A DNA stretch of 64,000 nt from Balanoglossus misakiensis (GCA_040954595.2 CM082592.2:1364001-1428000), one strand, 5' to 3'. Counted from the stretch's first letter, positions 52,509 to 64,000 are shown. Numbers and translations are program-made. The notes: generated by a model not told the origin, from the letters alone.

Positions 52509-55500
52509 TAGACCATGAGCCAGTAGGGGTTTACCTCCCCCCCCCCCCCCCCCCCGGGGGAATTTTTGAGACAATGTTTTTCTGAAAGCCTATCATATAC
52601 TGAGTAAAATTCACTTTGTTTGCCATCTGGGCACCGGGGCGTTTTCGAATTATTGGCTTCTAAATTATATTGGGTAACGTATGTAGAAAAGCCTAAAAGT
52701 GCACATAAATTGACGTAGCGGGGTAAATTAGTCTTGTAAAATACTGTCTCTCCGAATGTATACCTAGAACAACAGGGAAATATTTGGTATCAAAAGAAAG
52801 CTTAATAAACAAGCTTTCTATTAATTACAAAATAAAAGTGATATGACAAATCATGACATCAAAGTGACGTCATAAGTCAAAATACCCTTACGAAAATGGT
52901 GTTCTGTTCACCTATAATTTGTATAAATGTGAGGTTTTGCAAAACACGTCTCTGAGCAATTGTACTGATGAAAACTGTGATGTGTTTGGTATCAACAGAA
53001 AGCTGATTGAGTAAAGTGTCTAATTATTGCAAAATATTGATATAATAATCAATTACGTCATCATTACGTCATACTTCCAAGTACCCTTACCAATTAGTGA
53101 CTATGATGACAAGTTATTACCCTAGGATATAGGTGCCTTTAAATAAAAAATTTGGTAAGGAAGGTTTGTGAAGTCCATTCTATGTAAAAAAATGGTGCTG
53201 ATTCCAAAAAAGGCAGTCTTATTGACCCCACCCAAGACAAAATTGCCATTTGGCACTTTTTAACCCAAAAAAGGTCATTTTTAGAAAACACTAAAAACAC
53301 ACCGTTTTCGTCACATTCGAAGATCTGATGACATATGATATGCCTATTCTATGTAAAATTTGGTTGATATTACGAAAAAAGCAGTCTAACTGACCCCACC
53401 CAGACAAAATTGCCATTTTGGCACTTTTTAACCCAAAAAAGGTCATTTTTAGAAAACACTAAAAACACACCGTTTTCGTCACATTCGAAGATCTGATGAC
53501 ATATGATATGCCTATTCTATGTAAAATTTGGTTGATATTACGAAAAAAGGCAGTCTAACTGACCCCACCCAAGACAAAATTGCCATTTTGGCACTTTTTA
53601 ACCCAAAAAAGGTCATTTTTAGAAAACACTAAAAACACACCGTTTTCGTCACATTCGAAGATCTGATGACATATGATATGCCTATTCTATGTAAAATTTG
53701 GTTGATATTACGAAAAAAGGCAGTCTAACTGACCCCACCCAAGACAAAATTGCCATTTTGGCACTTTTTAACCCAAAAAAGGTCATTTTTAGAAAACACT
53801 AAAAACACACTGTTTTCGTCACATTCGAAGATCTGATGATATATGATATGCCTATTCTATGTAAAATTTGGTTGATATTACGAAAAAAGCAGTCTGACTG
53901 ACCCCAAACGAGACAGAATTGCCTTTTTGACCATTTTTTGCCCAAAAACGTCATTTTTAGACAAAACTTAAAACACACTCTTCTCTTCATATTGATTGAT
54001 TTGATGATATATGGAAAGTCAATTCTATGTGTAAAATGGTGACTATAAAACATAAAGCTGTCTTTTTGACCCCAATCAATACAAAAATGCCATTTTTGGC
54101 CACATTTTTGAGGTCAAATAAGGTCATTTTTACAAAAAAACTAAAAACAAACTGTTTTCTTCATATTCAGAGATCTGATTATGTATGAAAAGTCCATTCT
54201 GTGTATTAAAAAATCTGATTGACCCCATTCTAGTCAAAATTGCGTTTAGATCACCAAAGGGAAACAAATAGCATGTTTTTAGTATTTTCTAAAAATGACC
54301 TTTTTTGGGCAAAAAGTATTTTCATCTTCATTGAGATCAATAAGATTGCTTTTTCTAGAGTCAACACCAATTTTTCAATAAATGGACTTTTCATACATGA
54401 TCAAATTTCCAAATATAAAGAAAAACGTTTGCTTTTTTCTTAAAATGGCCTTTTTGGGCAAAAACTTGCCAAAAAACGCACTTTAATCTTGAGTGGCGCC
54501 AATAAACCTACTTTTTTGAATACCTACCAAATTTTACACAAGGTGGGTATATAATACATTATCAGATCTCCGAAAGTGAAGAAAATATATTTAAGTTTTG
54601 AGTGTTTTCTAAAAATGACATTTTTGGGGCAAAAAGTGGCAAAAATGGCACATTTGCCTTGAGTGGGGGTCAATAAGGCTGCTATTTCTGGAATCAGAAC
54701 TATTTTACATAGCATAAACTTTTCATACATCACATGATCTCTGAATATGAAGAAAACAGTTTGTTTTTAGTTTTTTTGTAAAAATGACCTTATTTGACCT
54801 AAAAAATGTGGCCAAAAATGGCATTTTTGTATTGATTGGGGTCAAAAAGACTGCTTTATGTTTTATAGTCACCATTTTACACATAGAATTGACTTTCCAT
54901 ATATCATCAAATCAATCAATATGAAGAGAAGAGTGTGTTTTAAGTTTTGTCTAAAAATGACGTTTTTGGGCAAAAAATGGTCAAAAAGGCAATTCTGTCT
55001 CGTTTGGGGTCAGTCAGACTGCTTTTTTCGTAATATCAACCAAATTTTACATAGAATAGGCATATCATATGTCATCAGATCTTGGAATGCGACGAAAACG
55101 GTGTGTTTTTAGTGTTTTCTAAAAATGACCTTTTGGGGGTTAAAAAGTGCCAAAATGGCAATTTTGTCTTGGGTGGGGTCAGTTAGACTGCTTTTTTCGT
55201 AATATCAACCAAATTTTACATAGAATAGGCGTATCATATGTCATCAGATCTTCGAATGTGACGAAAACAGTGTGTTTTTAGTGTTTTCTAAAAATGACCT
55301 TTTTTGGGTTAAAAAGTGCCAAAATGGCAATTTTGTCTTGGGTGGGGTCAGTTAGACTGCTTTTTTCGTAATATCAACCAAATCTTACATAGAATAGGCA
55401 TATCATATGTCATCAGATCTTCGAATGTGACGAAAACGGTGTGTTTTTAGTGTTTTCTAAAAATGACCTTTTTTGGGTTAAATAGTGCCAAAATGGCAAT

Positions 55501-56230
55501 TTTGTCTTGGGTGGGGTCAATAAGACTGACTTTTTTGGAATCAGCACCATATTTTACATAGAATGGACTTCACAAACCTTCCTTACCAATTTTTTTATTT
55601 AAAGGCACCTATCTCCTAGGGTAATAACTTGTCATCATAGTCACTAATTGGTAAGGGTACTTTGAAGTATGACGTAATGATGACGTAATTGATTATTATA
55701 TCAATATTTTGCAATAATTAGATACTTTACGCAATCAGCTTTCTGTTGATACCAAACACATCACAGTTTTCATCAGTACAATTGCTCAGAGACGTGTTTT
55801 GCAAAACCTCACATTTATACAAATTATAGGTGAACAGAACACCATTTTCGTAAGGGTATTTTGACTTATGACGTCACTATGATGTCATGATTTGGCATAT
55901 CATTTTTATTTTGTAATTAATGGAAAGCTTGTTTATTAAGCTTTCTTTTGATACCAAATACTTCCCTGTTGTTCTAGGTATACATTCAGAGAGACAGTAT
56001 TTTACAAGACTAATTTACCCCCCTACGTCAATTTATGTGCACTTTTAGGCTTTTCTACATACGTTACCCAATATAATTTAGAAGCCAATAACTCGAAAAC
56101 GCCCCGGTGCCCAGATGGCAAACAAAGTGAATTTTACTCAGTATATGATAGGCTTTCAGAAAAACATTGTCTCAAAAATTCCCCCCGGGGGGGGGGGGGG
56201 GGAGGTAAACCCCTACTGGCTCATGGTCTA
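52509..56230. mobile_element. 3.7-kb fold-back DNA transposon, Academ-like, non-autonomous
   Basis: TAGACCATGAGCC...GGCTCATGGTCTA termini, 3-bp TSD TAT, ~1.5-1.7-kb near-perfect inverted arms containing ~169-bp tandem repeats. Confidence 0.85.
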
Positions 56231-56979
56231 TATTGGTATGGTTGCAGTTACCAGCAGCTGTAATAACAACGATCTCAAGTAGTGGCCAGTCAATCCATTA
56301 CGTCCAGGGTTTGATCTCATCTTTGAAGTACAGATGTGTTGGATATCATGCTTGGCAGCATGATTGACTGGACGAGGTCTGGGCATGGTCACGGATATAT
56401 CATCATATTCATGAAGAAAGGGATTCTTGTATTCGCGTTTCCTGAAAAACTTTTCGACTTCGCGTTTCAATTTATAGATATTGTTTTGTAATTTCTATTT
56501 GTTATGTAATTTCGGCACATATGGATGTTGGCGTTTTGAATTTGCTAGGATGGAAATTGTTAATGTTTTTTCATGAACAATTTGGGGGCTGGTGTAAGGA
56601 CGCCCAGTTCTTAGAGGAACTGAAATATTTAGTCTAGCGCCCTCGCGCTGTGAGTACATTAGCGCATGCGCTTTTGTTTAGAAAATACATAGAAAATTCC
56701 ATGGCGCACATGTGAGGACACTTGCACAGTTAGCCTGGGGATTTTTGCCAGTTTTCTACGGAAACTTCAACCACCGCGACGCATCATCCAGTGCCAGTGT
56801 TGTATGTTCAGTCATTAAATGTTCGTGTAAAGTTCCGATCAGCTTTTTCTGTGACATCTGACAAGGAATGTTCGTCGGCGATGGTGAGCTCCAGTTAGTT
56901 AACGGCAAATTCTTTAGAACCCTGTGACCTTTGATGTGAATTAGGGCGCCATTTGAGACGGCACATCGAGGTTACTACA

Positions 56980-57480
56980 TCAATAATACAGTTTTCCAGT
57001 CGTAAAATGCCATTTGATTCACCCTCTTGGTAAATTGATGCACCCTCTGGTGAAACGTAGACACCGCAAACAATAATATCACGTGGCGTATGAAAGGCAT
57101 TCTTATCAATAAACAAGCAAACAGTATCTTCAGTAGTCTGAAGTATTCTTCGTACATACTTATCAATTTCTTTCAAAATAAACACACAAACTCCACCCGA
57201 ATAACGACCAAATTTCCGGGTTCGTTTTCTGATGACCGAATGACACTTATGCGTTGGTAACTACCCTGAAAACTCATGATTTGTATTTGCCCATGTCTCT
57301 GAAATACACACTACAGAAAACTTGGAAAAATAACGTTTTAGCTCTGTATCATAGATGTGGTTTTTCAGTCCTCTGGCTTTCCACGCTACAACAGAGTGGA
57401 TATTTTTACCCAAGACTGTAGGAGATTTCTCAAAAACGTTTTCTCCCTGAAAATAATTAGTAATCGGGGCTTGGCCACAC
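56980..57480 (-). pseudogene. LINE ORF2 N-terminal APE endonuclease part
   Basis: CISETW, GRYSGGVCVFI, IIVCGVYVSP. Confidence 0.88.
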
Positions 57481-57482
57481 CT

Positions 57483-58676
57483 CTAACGACCAGTTGCAAT
57501 CAAATCACCCTTTTCGTCAAGTTGATATTTCTTACCGTCAATCACAAGCTTATCAAAATACAAATGGGCGCGTTTTCCCTCTTCTCTCGCCTTGACAAGA
57601 AACGGAATAGGTTTTTTGCGAGAACGACGAACTTGTGGCGGAAGATCTTCACTCACGCTCATGTCTGATTCTCTGGTCAAGATGCCACGCGCCTTTTGCA
57701 GTATTTCGGACTTCGTCTTGAATGATAGAAACTTGACAATAATTGGTCGTTGAACTCCTTTCTTCGTTTTTATATTTAGTCTGTGCGCTCGTTCGATGGG
57801 AACTTGCTTCTCGTCATCTGCTTCTGCTACGTCAAATTTTGATTTCAGAATGTCACGAACAACCTTTTCACAGTCTTTCCATGTCTCACCTTCTAGTTCT
57901 TTTACTCCTCTGAAAATGACGTTATTTCGACAACTTTGAGCGCGTAGCCCGACGACTTCGTGCTCAAGCTCACCAGTCCTGTCGCTTAACACCTTATTTT
58001 GCTGAACCAGTTCATCTTGTTTTGACTGTATATCTCTGACAGTTTTATTTACTAATTGCATTTCCTTTCGTAGTCCTTTCATATCGGTACGAATCACTTT
58101 TAGTATTGATAGTAACGACTCACTCGTTTCCTCTTCAGTATCGATATCTTTCACGTCTAACAAATCGCCTCTTCCAGACAGTTTCATTTGCCGTGTTTTT
58201 GGTGGACCTGGATTAAGTTCTACGTCGCCAGCTTGAAACAAAATCGTTGGAGTATACGGCGTCCAAATCGGCGACTCTCCATTTTCACTGTTAGTCAAAT
58301 TTGAGAATGTCCAGGTGCGTGTTACGTAAAAGGCGTCGACGTGTAACCCACTGTATGTTGAAGCGAGTCCCGAGTTGTTTGAAGCGGAAAAACAACCGCA
58401 ATGTTCTTGAAAAGACAGACTTCCCCTCACATGTAGCCAAAACCAAAATGCGTTGGTGCCAAACAGTAACGATTCCGTTGCTAAGATGATTAATCCGGAT
58501 ACAAATAGGCAGGAAAACAACCTGTAGCCAAATTCGTTGAGTGAAGACCATGTCGTGTACGGAGTGTACCAGTCAAGAGATACCGCTTTCCAACTTCTTG
58601 GCTGTGAAAAACACCCAATTCCAGCTCTCCAAGCCTCTAATCCGATGCCCATGGGGGAATTAGCGTAATGACACAA
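57483..58676 (-). CDS. LINE ORF1: hydrophobic leader, 2A-like peptide, coiled coil and L1-type RRM/CTD
   Basis: MGIGLEAWRAGIGCF, LFQAGDVELNPGP, RNNVIFRGV, IERAHRL, RPIIVKF, SEDLP. The frame is uninterrupted. Confidence 0.9.
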   Translation of the reverse strand: MCHYANSPMGIGLEAWRAGIGCFSQPRSWKAVSLDWYTPYTTWSSLNEFGYRLFSCLFVSGLIILATESLLFGTNAFWFWLHVRGSLSFQEHCGCFSASNNSGLASTYSGLHVDAFYVTRTWTFSNLTNSENGESPIWTPYTPTILFQAGDVELNPGPPKTRQMKLSGRGDLLDVKDIDTEEETSESLLSILKVIRTDMKGLRKEMQLVNKTVRDIQSKQDELVQQNKVLSDRTGELEHEVVGLRAQSCRNNVIFRGVKELEGETWKDCEKVVRDILKSKFDVAEADDEKQVPIERAHRLNIKTKKGVQRPIIVKFLSFKTKSEILQKARGILTRESDMSVSEDLPPQVRRSRKKPIPFLVKAREEGKRAHLYFDKLVIDGKKYQLDEKGDLIATGR

Positions 58677-59124
58677 GTATAGGAAAACCAGCTTGAGTTT
58701 ACCTTATTCTGTAGGCAGAATTTTGAAGTTTTTGTCGGAGCACTAAAAACACGCTGTCGACCCGTCACCAGTCTTAGAGGGCTCCCCCAAAGACCCAGAT
58801 AAAAATGCGAGTTCAGCTGAAGATACAGAGGAAAAAACATCAACACCAATGCAAGCTAAACAGTACTAGTGCCTTCAAAAGCTGTATGATGAGTCAGTCA
58901 CAGGAAGGTGAGATTTGCCCTCACTTGAAAAACTGGAAGTTTGTAGATATATGCTTTGTCTACAAACATGCACCACAATGTTAGCCATGACACCAGAGCT
59001 TGAAAGAGGTCTGTTGCATGTAATTTTTGCTGTGTATTGTATATTCACTGTATCTACATACATATTTCAACACCTCTTCGATGATTGTAACTAACCAAGC
59101 ATTGGGTAATATTTTATTTTTTAT

Positions 59125-59980
59125 AGACAAATAGCAGATGAAACTTTGACTGCAAGTGATGATGATGAGACTTTATCTGCTAGTGAAGATGACGATGAAG
59201 ACATTGGAATAAATTTCAGAATTCCTGGGTATGTAAACCTATTGATTTGGGATTAGATTTTCATCAGTAGTCCTGGTAATGTAGTACGGGAAAATAATAT
59301 AATGGAATACAGTGACAACTTCAATCATTTTCATCTTTCATTTAGAAATGTCCCCGACTTATCGATGGATGATGATCTCCACAATTTAGCAATGGAAGAT
59401 GAAGTATTTCAGACAGATACTCATGGTACAACTGATGATGGTGTCCCAGTTGCAAGTCCTGACAATCTGTCAAACGCTCAAAACATTGATGTTATTACAG
59501 ACACAAAATGCATCGCCTCTGTACCTGCAATTTTGGATCTTTTAAAACAAGTGAGAGAGAGCACAAGAACTAATAGAGTATAGTGCAAAAGCCAGCATGG
59601 CGTATTTATTAATTAGGAACAAGAAAAGAGTTGACAACGACTACATAAAATATTTAGCTGTACCTGAAGTTTAATGACGTGGCCTCTGGCAGTACAACCC
59701 CTTGAGCGACCCCATATTTTCCAAAAGAATGGCTATTTATACTCTCGGGCCAGATTCAAAATCAGAGAATCTCATTTGCATAGGGGACCGTCGGAGAAAA
59801 CACTTGTTGGAACAATTTATTCAATATTGCTGCTGGCTGCAAGCCAAGAAAATTAAATATATAAGTAATTGGCAGCTGTCACTCACAGCAGTGGTTGCTA
59901 ACCAACCAAAGGTAAACAGTGAGATCTGAACGTGCATAGAAACTCATGCGCAAAAGGCTAATCGGTTTGGCATGTGCTGG
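59125..59980 (+). pseudogene. Remnant of Kolobok-like transposase (spliced, core deleted)
   Basis: Acidic exon ~59127-59229, exon from ~59346 with TKCIASVPAILDLLKQV, C-terminal-like ...THAQKANRF. No DDE core seen. Confidence 0.45.
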
Positions 59981-60140
59981 CTGACCGCAAACAATCTTGG
60001 CGCGTGCCAGCTAAGTAATTAGAAGAACCGCAAAGGCAATTTTAAAACATATGTGACAGTGAAATGGACCTTGTAAGCTGATAAAAATTCTTTACACTGG
60101 GTTAGGGTAAATAAAATGTTTTAATCATCAGATATGTGTG

Positions 60141-60635
60141 TTAATCTTGTAACTCACCATCTTTATAGCCAACATATATATTGTTTGGGCTTGGAAATCT
60201 GCCCCTTATTGCCCAGACACAACAAGAGGGGACAACGCGCCGATTGCCAGCCCCCAGTTTCCCATGCTGCCAATAGATGTATTGTCTGTAAGCAAAATGT
60301 CTAAAACATGCATTGTCTCATGACTGTTCTTGGGCATAGGTATCAGCTATGCACCGCATAGCTATCTCAAGAACATTGGCATCCAGAACAAGATGACTAA
60401 AGAGATAGTTGTCGGTGATGCACCTTTGGCTCTGACGCATGGCACAACATTTGTTTTCCTTATGAGTGGGCATTTCACGGCAATGCCCACATCTGCACCA
60501 AGAAGGTAAACTACCAGGTCCGGGTTGTGGATACGGGTTGGGAGCTGGATGCTGTTGCTGTTGAACGTCACACCATGCCCCTGGCTGTCGTCGAACTTAT
60601 TTTTCATAAACAAACATAACGTTTTCTTGGAATCT
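60141..60635 (-). pseudogene. KolX / P2X7 C-terminal ballast-like domain
   Basis: Frame not shown in the ORF track: WCRCGHCREMPTHKENKCC...CIT...LD..VL...[48 protein letters not shown]. Two in-frame stops. Probable upstream exons at ~60997-61131 and ~61265-61540. Confidence 0.85.
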
Positions 60636-61140
60636 TATTTTGCAGTGGAAAAAATGTCATCATTGTGTTTCATAATATACTGTGTGAAAGTAAAAATGTG
60701 TGCAAAATTAGAATGGTTTCTCACTTGTTGGGGCGGCACACTTCCTTGAAAACCATACATGTATATGTACAAACATTTAAAAAATAGTTTTATAATTGCG
60801 TGGTTTCTCTTCAGTTTACCCCCTGTTTTGTTTTGTTTTGTTTGTTTGTTTGTTTGCTGCTGTTGTTATTGTTGTTGTTGTTGTTGTTGTTGTTGGGTTT
60901 TTTTTTGGGGGGGGGGCGATATCTCAGTTACTAATGCATTTTCAACAAGTTCATTCCATGATCAAGCAGAGTGCACACAACATTCATAAGACATACCTTC
61001 ATCTGCCTCTCATTTTCTTGCAACAATTCTGCTTGTGTTTGCTGTTCCTGGGTGTCACGTGGCCGTTTTTTCACAGATTCTGAAGCAGGTGGTTGGTTTA
61101 CCTCAGCCTGTTCATCATCAGATGTTTAATCCTATGAAAT

Positions 61141-61150
61141 GATGATGATG

Positions 61151-61201
<51 letters not shown>
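61141..61201. repeat. (GAT)n(AAT)n microsatellite
   Basis: Direct inspection. Confidence 0.9.
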
Positions 61202-61203
<2 letters not shown>

Positions 61204-62093
61204 GATACTTGCATTCACATTATTACTGAGCCTCAAAGATGCTTTGATCATAGCTTACACTCACCTACAAATATGACTAGTTGTAGTGAACGAATCATTG
61301 GGTTTCTGACGGATTTGTCCTAGAATGGAGGTACTTGCCTTTGTAAATGCAACATCACAAACACTGCACTGACGATTTTTGTAACAAAGGTTTGTATTAA
61401 AATCTATACTACCACGGGTTAAAATGTTAACAAAATCATAGTACGCCAAAACTGTTCGGAAACACTGCAACAAATGTTGAGCTGAGCAGTTACATGGTAC
61501 GTCCGAGACTTGGTGCGGCCCGAGTATTGAAATAGCGAGTGTTCATATATTGCATCGCAATCGGTGCATAACGTTGTTTACGCTAGCGAACGCCGAGTTT
61601 GCATTGGAATACGGCCGAAAACTGAAAGTTCGTGTCAGGGTTTTGACAAATAACTCTATCTACGGGAGCTTTACAGTACTGATATGGGCCTCTTATATTC
61701 GAGAACAGACTGTTTGACAGCACGTCACATCGATAATCAAGCTAAGTTACATTGAATTGATGATTGAGGGTGACAATAAGACGTAGACATACCTGTACAG
61801 CTGTGTTTGAACACGGCCGTCGCTTTCCACAAGAGCATGCCGTTTAACAAAACTCATCGACTGCTCTGCACGGACATGCTCCACGTCCCCTCTTCCTTGC
61901 ACAAACCCCACTACAGTTACATGATCTGGGGTCTTCACTTTCTGCCACGTCTAGCGCTGCTGCGACATCTTTCAGAGCGAAGCTATCTTCGGCCATTGTA
62001 AAAAGTTTTGCAATCGCAGGGACTTGTGGGTAATATCTTTATTTATAAACAGAATCCTTGCGCAAGCGCAGCGCGACGAGCGGTTCACTTTAA

Positions 62094-62628
62094 GACTCGT
62101 TTTCACAAGTATAAAGTCGGAGATAAAGTAATGATTGCAAACATGGTAAAGAAGAAGGGAATATCACCTAAACTTAGTGCTAGATGGATGGGTCCATACA
62201 CTGTGATCAAGGTTATCAGTGATGTACTGTATAGAGTTAGTCAAGGAGGAAGAAAGCGAAGAGTTATTCACCATAACCATATGCAACTGTACAGAGACAG
62301 GCCAGAACATTTGTCTTCTAAAGTCTGTGACAGTGATGCAATAGAGTCTGGCAATGGGAAAGATGGACACTGTGTGATTAATCATCAAGAAAATTTGTCA
62401 ATATCTGAGGTCGAGTCAGATTCAGATCCGGATTCGGACTCGGATTCTGCAAGTGATAGTGATGGCAGTGTAGAAAATACTGGTGTGCCTACTGTTCAAA
62501 GACAAAATCAGCAACGAGCTAATGTAGCTGAGGATCAACAAGACCAACAGCCAGTGTTACGTCGGTCAACTAGAGAACGCCGCATGCCTATTAGATTCCA
62601 GGACTATGTACTCACAGACAATGAATAG
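62094..62628 (+). pseudogene. Gypsy integrase C-terminal part
   Basis: YKVGDKV...PKLSARWMGPYTV...YRV...HHNHMQLY, tail LRRSTRERRMPIRFQDYV. Confidence 0.88.
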
Positions 62629-62938
62629 GTTTTGATGTTTGATCATTGATAAATGTAATTGACAAGTATGATATAATTTTGAAAAATTTCAACCATATCA
62701 ATACATGTATATATGATTATATATATTTTGTGTGTATAAAAAAAAGAAAGGAGAGAGAAAGAATATTTTTATATTATTTGTAACAGCCATTTCACTATTT
62801 ATTTTGATAAGATGTCGACTTGGATCGGACAATGATATACGGACTATGAATAAGATTATAAAGCGACTTTATTTCCTTAAGATGTTTGATGTATTGTATC
62901 TGGACATGTGGACATGTCCTGAAAAAAGAGGGGGGTAC

Positions 62939-63519
62939 TGAGATGGTTGGTATATTTGGAATGGCGCCCTCGGTGGCTGAATGTGAGTTTCTGTAAAGTA
63001 CAGCTGTAGCAAAGCATGCTGGGGTTTGGGTCAGCCATATTGTCTTGTATGATTGTACCGTACGGTGGTGTCAATCGTCGCAAACCACGGCCCTTTTACG
63101 GCAGCGCTCTGCTCCCCGCAAAAAGGCCGTGGTATAATACGCCCATGTATTCAGTATTTGGTCAAGGCGCTTTCATAGTACATCCAACAACCAATCAGAT
63201 TGCTTGTTACATCCCATTCACCCATCTCATTACATCTCATTCTAAACAACATGGCGGCTTCCAGTGGCAGTGCTTTGAGTCTGAGTGAGAGCGAAGAACG
63301 TGCAGTTTGATTGGCCAGATTATAATGATGTCATCTCATGAATATGCATTACCAATATGTTCAAAAACCAGCGCGGTACTCCATTTTAACCAGAGTACGT
63401 GATTTCGATAGTGAAACGAAAGAAATCCGTAGTCTGGTGGGGCGAGAATGGGTGGTGTCGTGTTGTGCTGTCTGTCAACAAACATGTGAAAAGTACGTTC
63501 CCGTTTCTGTGTCGTCTCA
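62939..63519 (+). repeat. Gypsy 3' LTR, interrupted by a MITE
   Basis: Matches 35618-35810 once 63073-63459 is removed. Confidence 0.92.
63073..63450. mobile_element. ~380-bp non-autonomous DNA element inserted in the 3' LTR
   Basis: TSD GGTGGTGT(C) of 8-9 bp, imperfect TIR CAATCGTCGC / CATTCTCGC. Absent from the 5' LTR. Confidence 0.8.
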
Positions 63520-64000
63520 ATATCAAATGACGTCAGACGCGCTCAGGCGGCAGTTGCGTTGGCATTTAAATTTCCAGATGACGGGCAACTTCAACAACGT
63601 GGTGCAGACAAAAACTATATGCAGACGAAACGCTATGAGGCTGATGAGGCACCATACCTGATACATGTTACGTGTTTGGCGGCTCTAAAGTAAAAACATA
63701 CTCGGAAAAACTTTTACTGGATGCCGAAATATTGCTTGCCCGTCACCTGGAAATGACAATGCTGTGGGTCACATGGCCAGATCACATGGTTGATAGTGAG
63801 GAATCGGCGCTGATGGAGTTCCCTTGTAATAACACGCGCGTAATTTGTCTGTTGAGGCAGTGATCGAAAATCGCCAGAAGACCATGATCAGTTATCAATA
63901 AGTTGACATTGTCCAAGATAAGTAGGTTTTGACCCAACACTCTTGTCCTAAACCAGGATTCTAGGCAATATTCCATGGTTAAATCGAAGCACATCAGCTG

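Larger units (their letters stand above)
43557..56979 (+). mobile_element. BEL/Pao LTR retrotransposon (defective)
   Basis: 387-bp LTRs 43557-43943 and 56593-56979 (TGT...ACA), 5-bp TSD TCAAT, PPT-like TTTGGGGGCTGG. Confidence 0.95.
40180..58860 (-). mobile_element. Near full-length RTE-X-like LINE split by a BEL element (ends approximate)
   Basis: ORF1 57483-58676. ORF2 APE-RT-CCHC at ~56980-57480 and ~40500-43556, and the frame rejoins across the BEL TSD. Confidence 0.85.
39627..62089. mobile_element. Decayed Kolobok DNA transposon (pieces ~39627-40175 and ~58860-62089)
   Basis: Right end ...GGTTCACT|TTAA, convergent transposase-like (+) and KolX-like (-) remnants. The left end is missing, and assigning the left piece to this element is inference. 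Confidence 0.65.
35618..63519 (+). mobile_element. Ty3/Gypsy LTR retrotransposon (defective) hosting nested insertions
   Basis: LTRs 35618-35810 and 62939-63519 (TG...CA), TSD ATAT, PBS TGGTGGCAGCGGT (tRNA-Leu type) at 35812, PPT AAAAAAGAGGGGGG before 62939. Confidence 0.93.

Noticed and set aside
58680-58860. Possible HDV-like ribozyme in the LINE 5' UTR
   Set aside because: I could not build the nested double pseudoknot by eye. A descriptor search would be needed.
63524-64000. Coding-looking sequence flanking the Gypsy element
   Set aside because: Frames are short and interrupted on both strands with no recognisable motif, and the region is cut by the window edge.

Overview
Eukaryotic, AT-rich, repeat-dense genomic DNA, probably from a marine invertebrate (inferred from the F-type lectin and the Kolobok, Academ, Helentron and RTE-X repeats). 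One host gene is well supported: a minus-strand, multi-exon secreted F-type lectin (CDS 807-8269, 525 aa). Its layout is signal peptide, two divergent FTL-like domains, a Pro/Thr stalk and an FTL domain with Trp at the fucose-binding His position, with a candidate TATA/Inr promoter near 9.87-10.0 kb. Its first intron carries two identical type I hammerhead ribozymes, 342 nt apart, in a Penelope/retrozyme-like fold-back unit embedded in (TACA)n. A third, inactivated copy lies at 31.1 kb. The 11-34 kb region is a patchwork of MITEs, a relic inverted duplicate of the lectin locus, a near-identical ~5.6 kb tandem duplication and a young L2 LINE. The 35.6-63.5 kb region is one Gypsy LTR element inflated to 28 kb by five-level nesting: Gypsy > Kolobok (with a KolX/P2X7-ballast-like gene) > RTE-X LINE (ORF1 with a 2A-like peptide) > BEL/Pao > a Helentron-type repeat and a 3.7 kb Academ-like fold-back. 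All coordinates, alignments and mismatch counts were done by eye, and no database searches were run.
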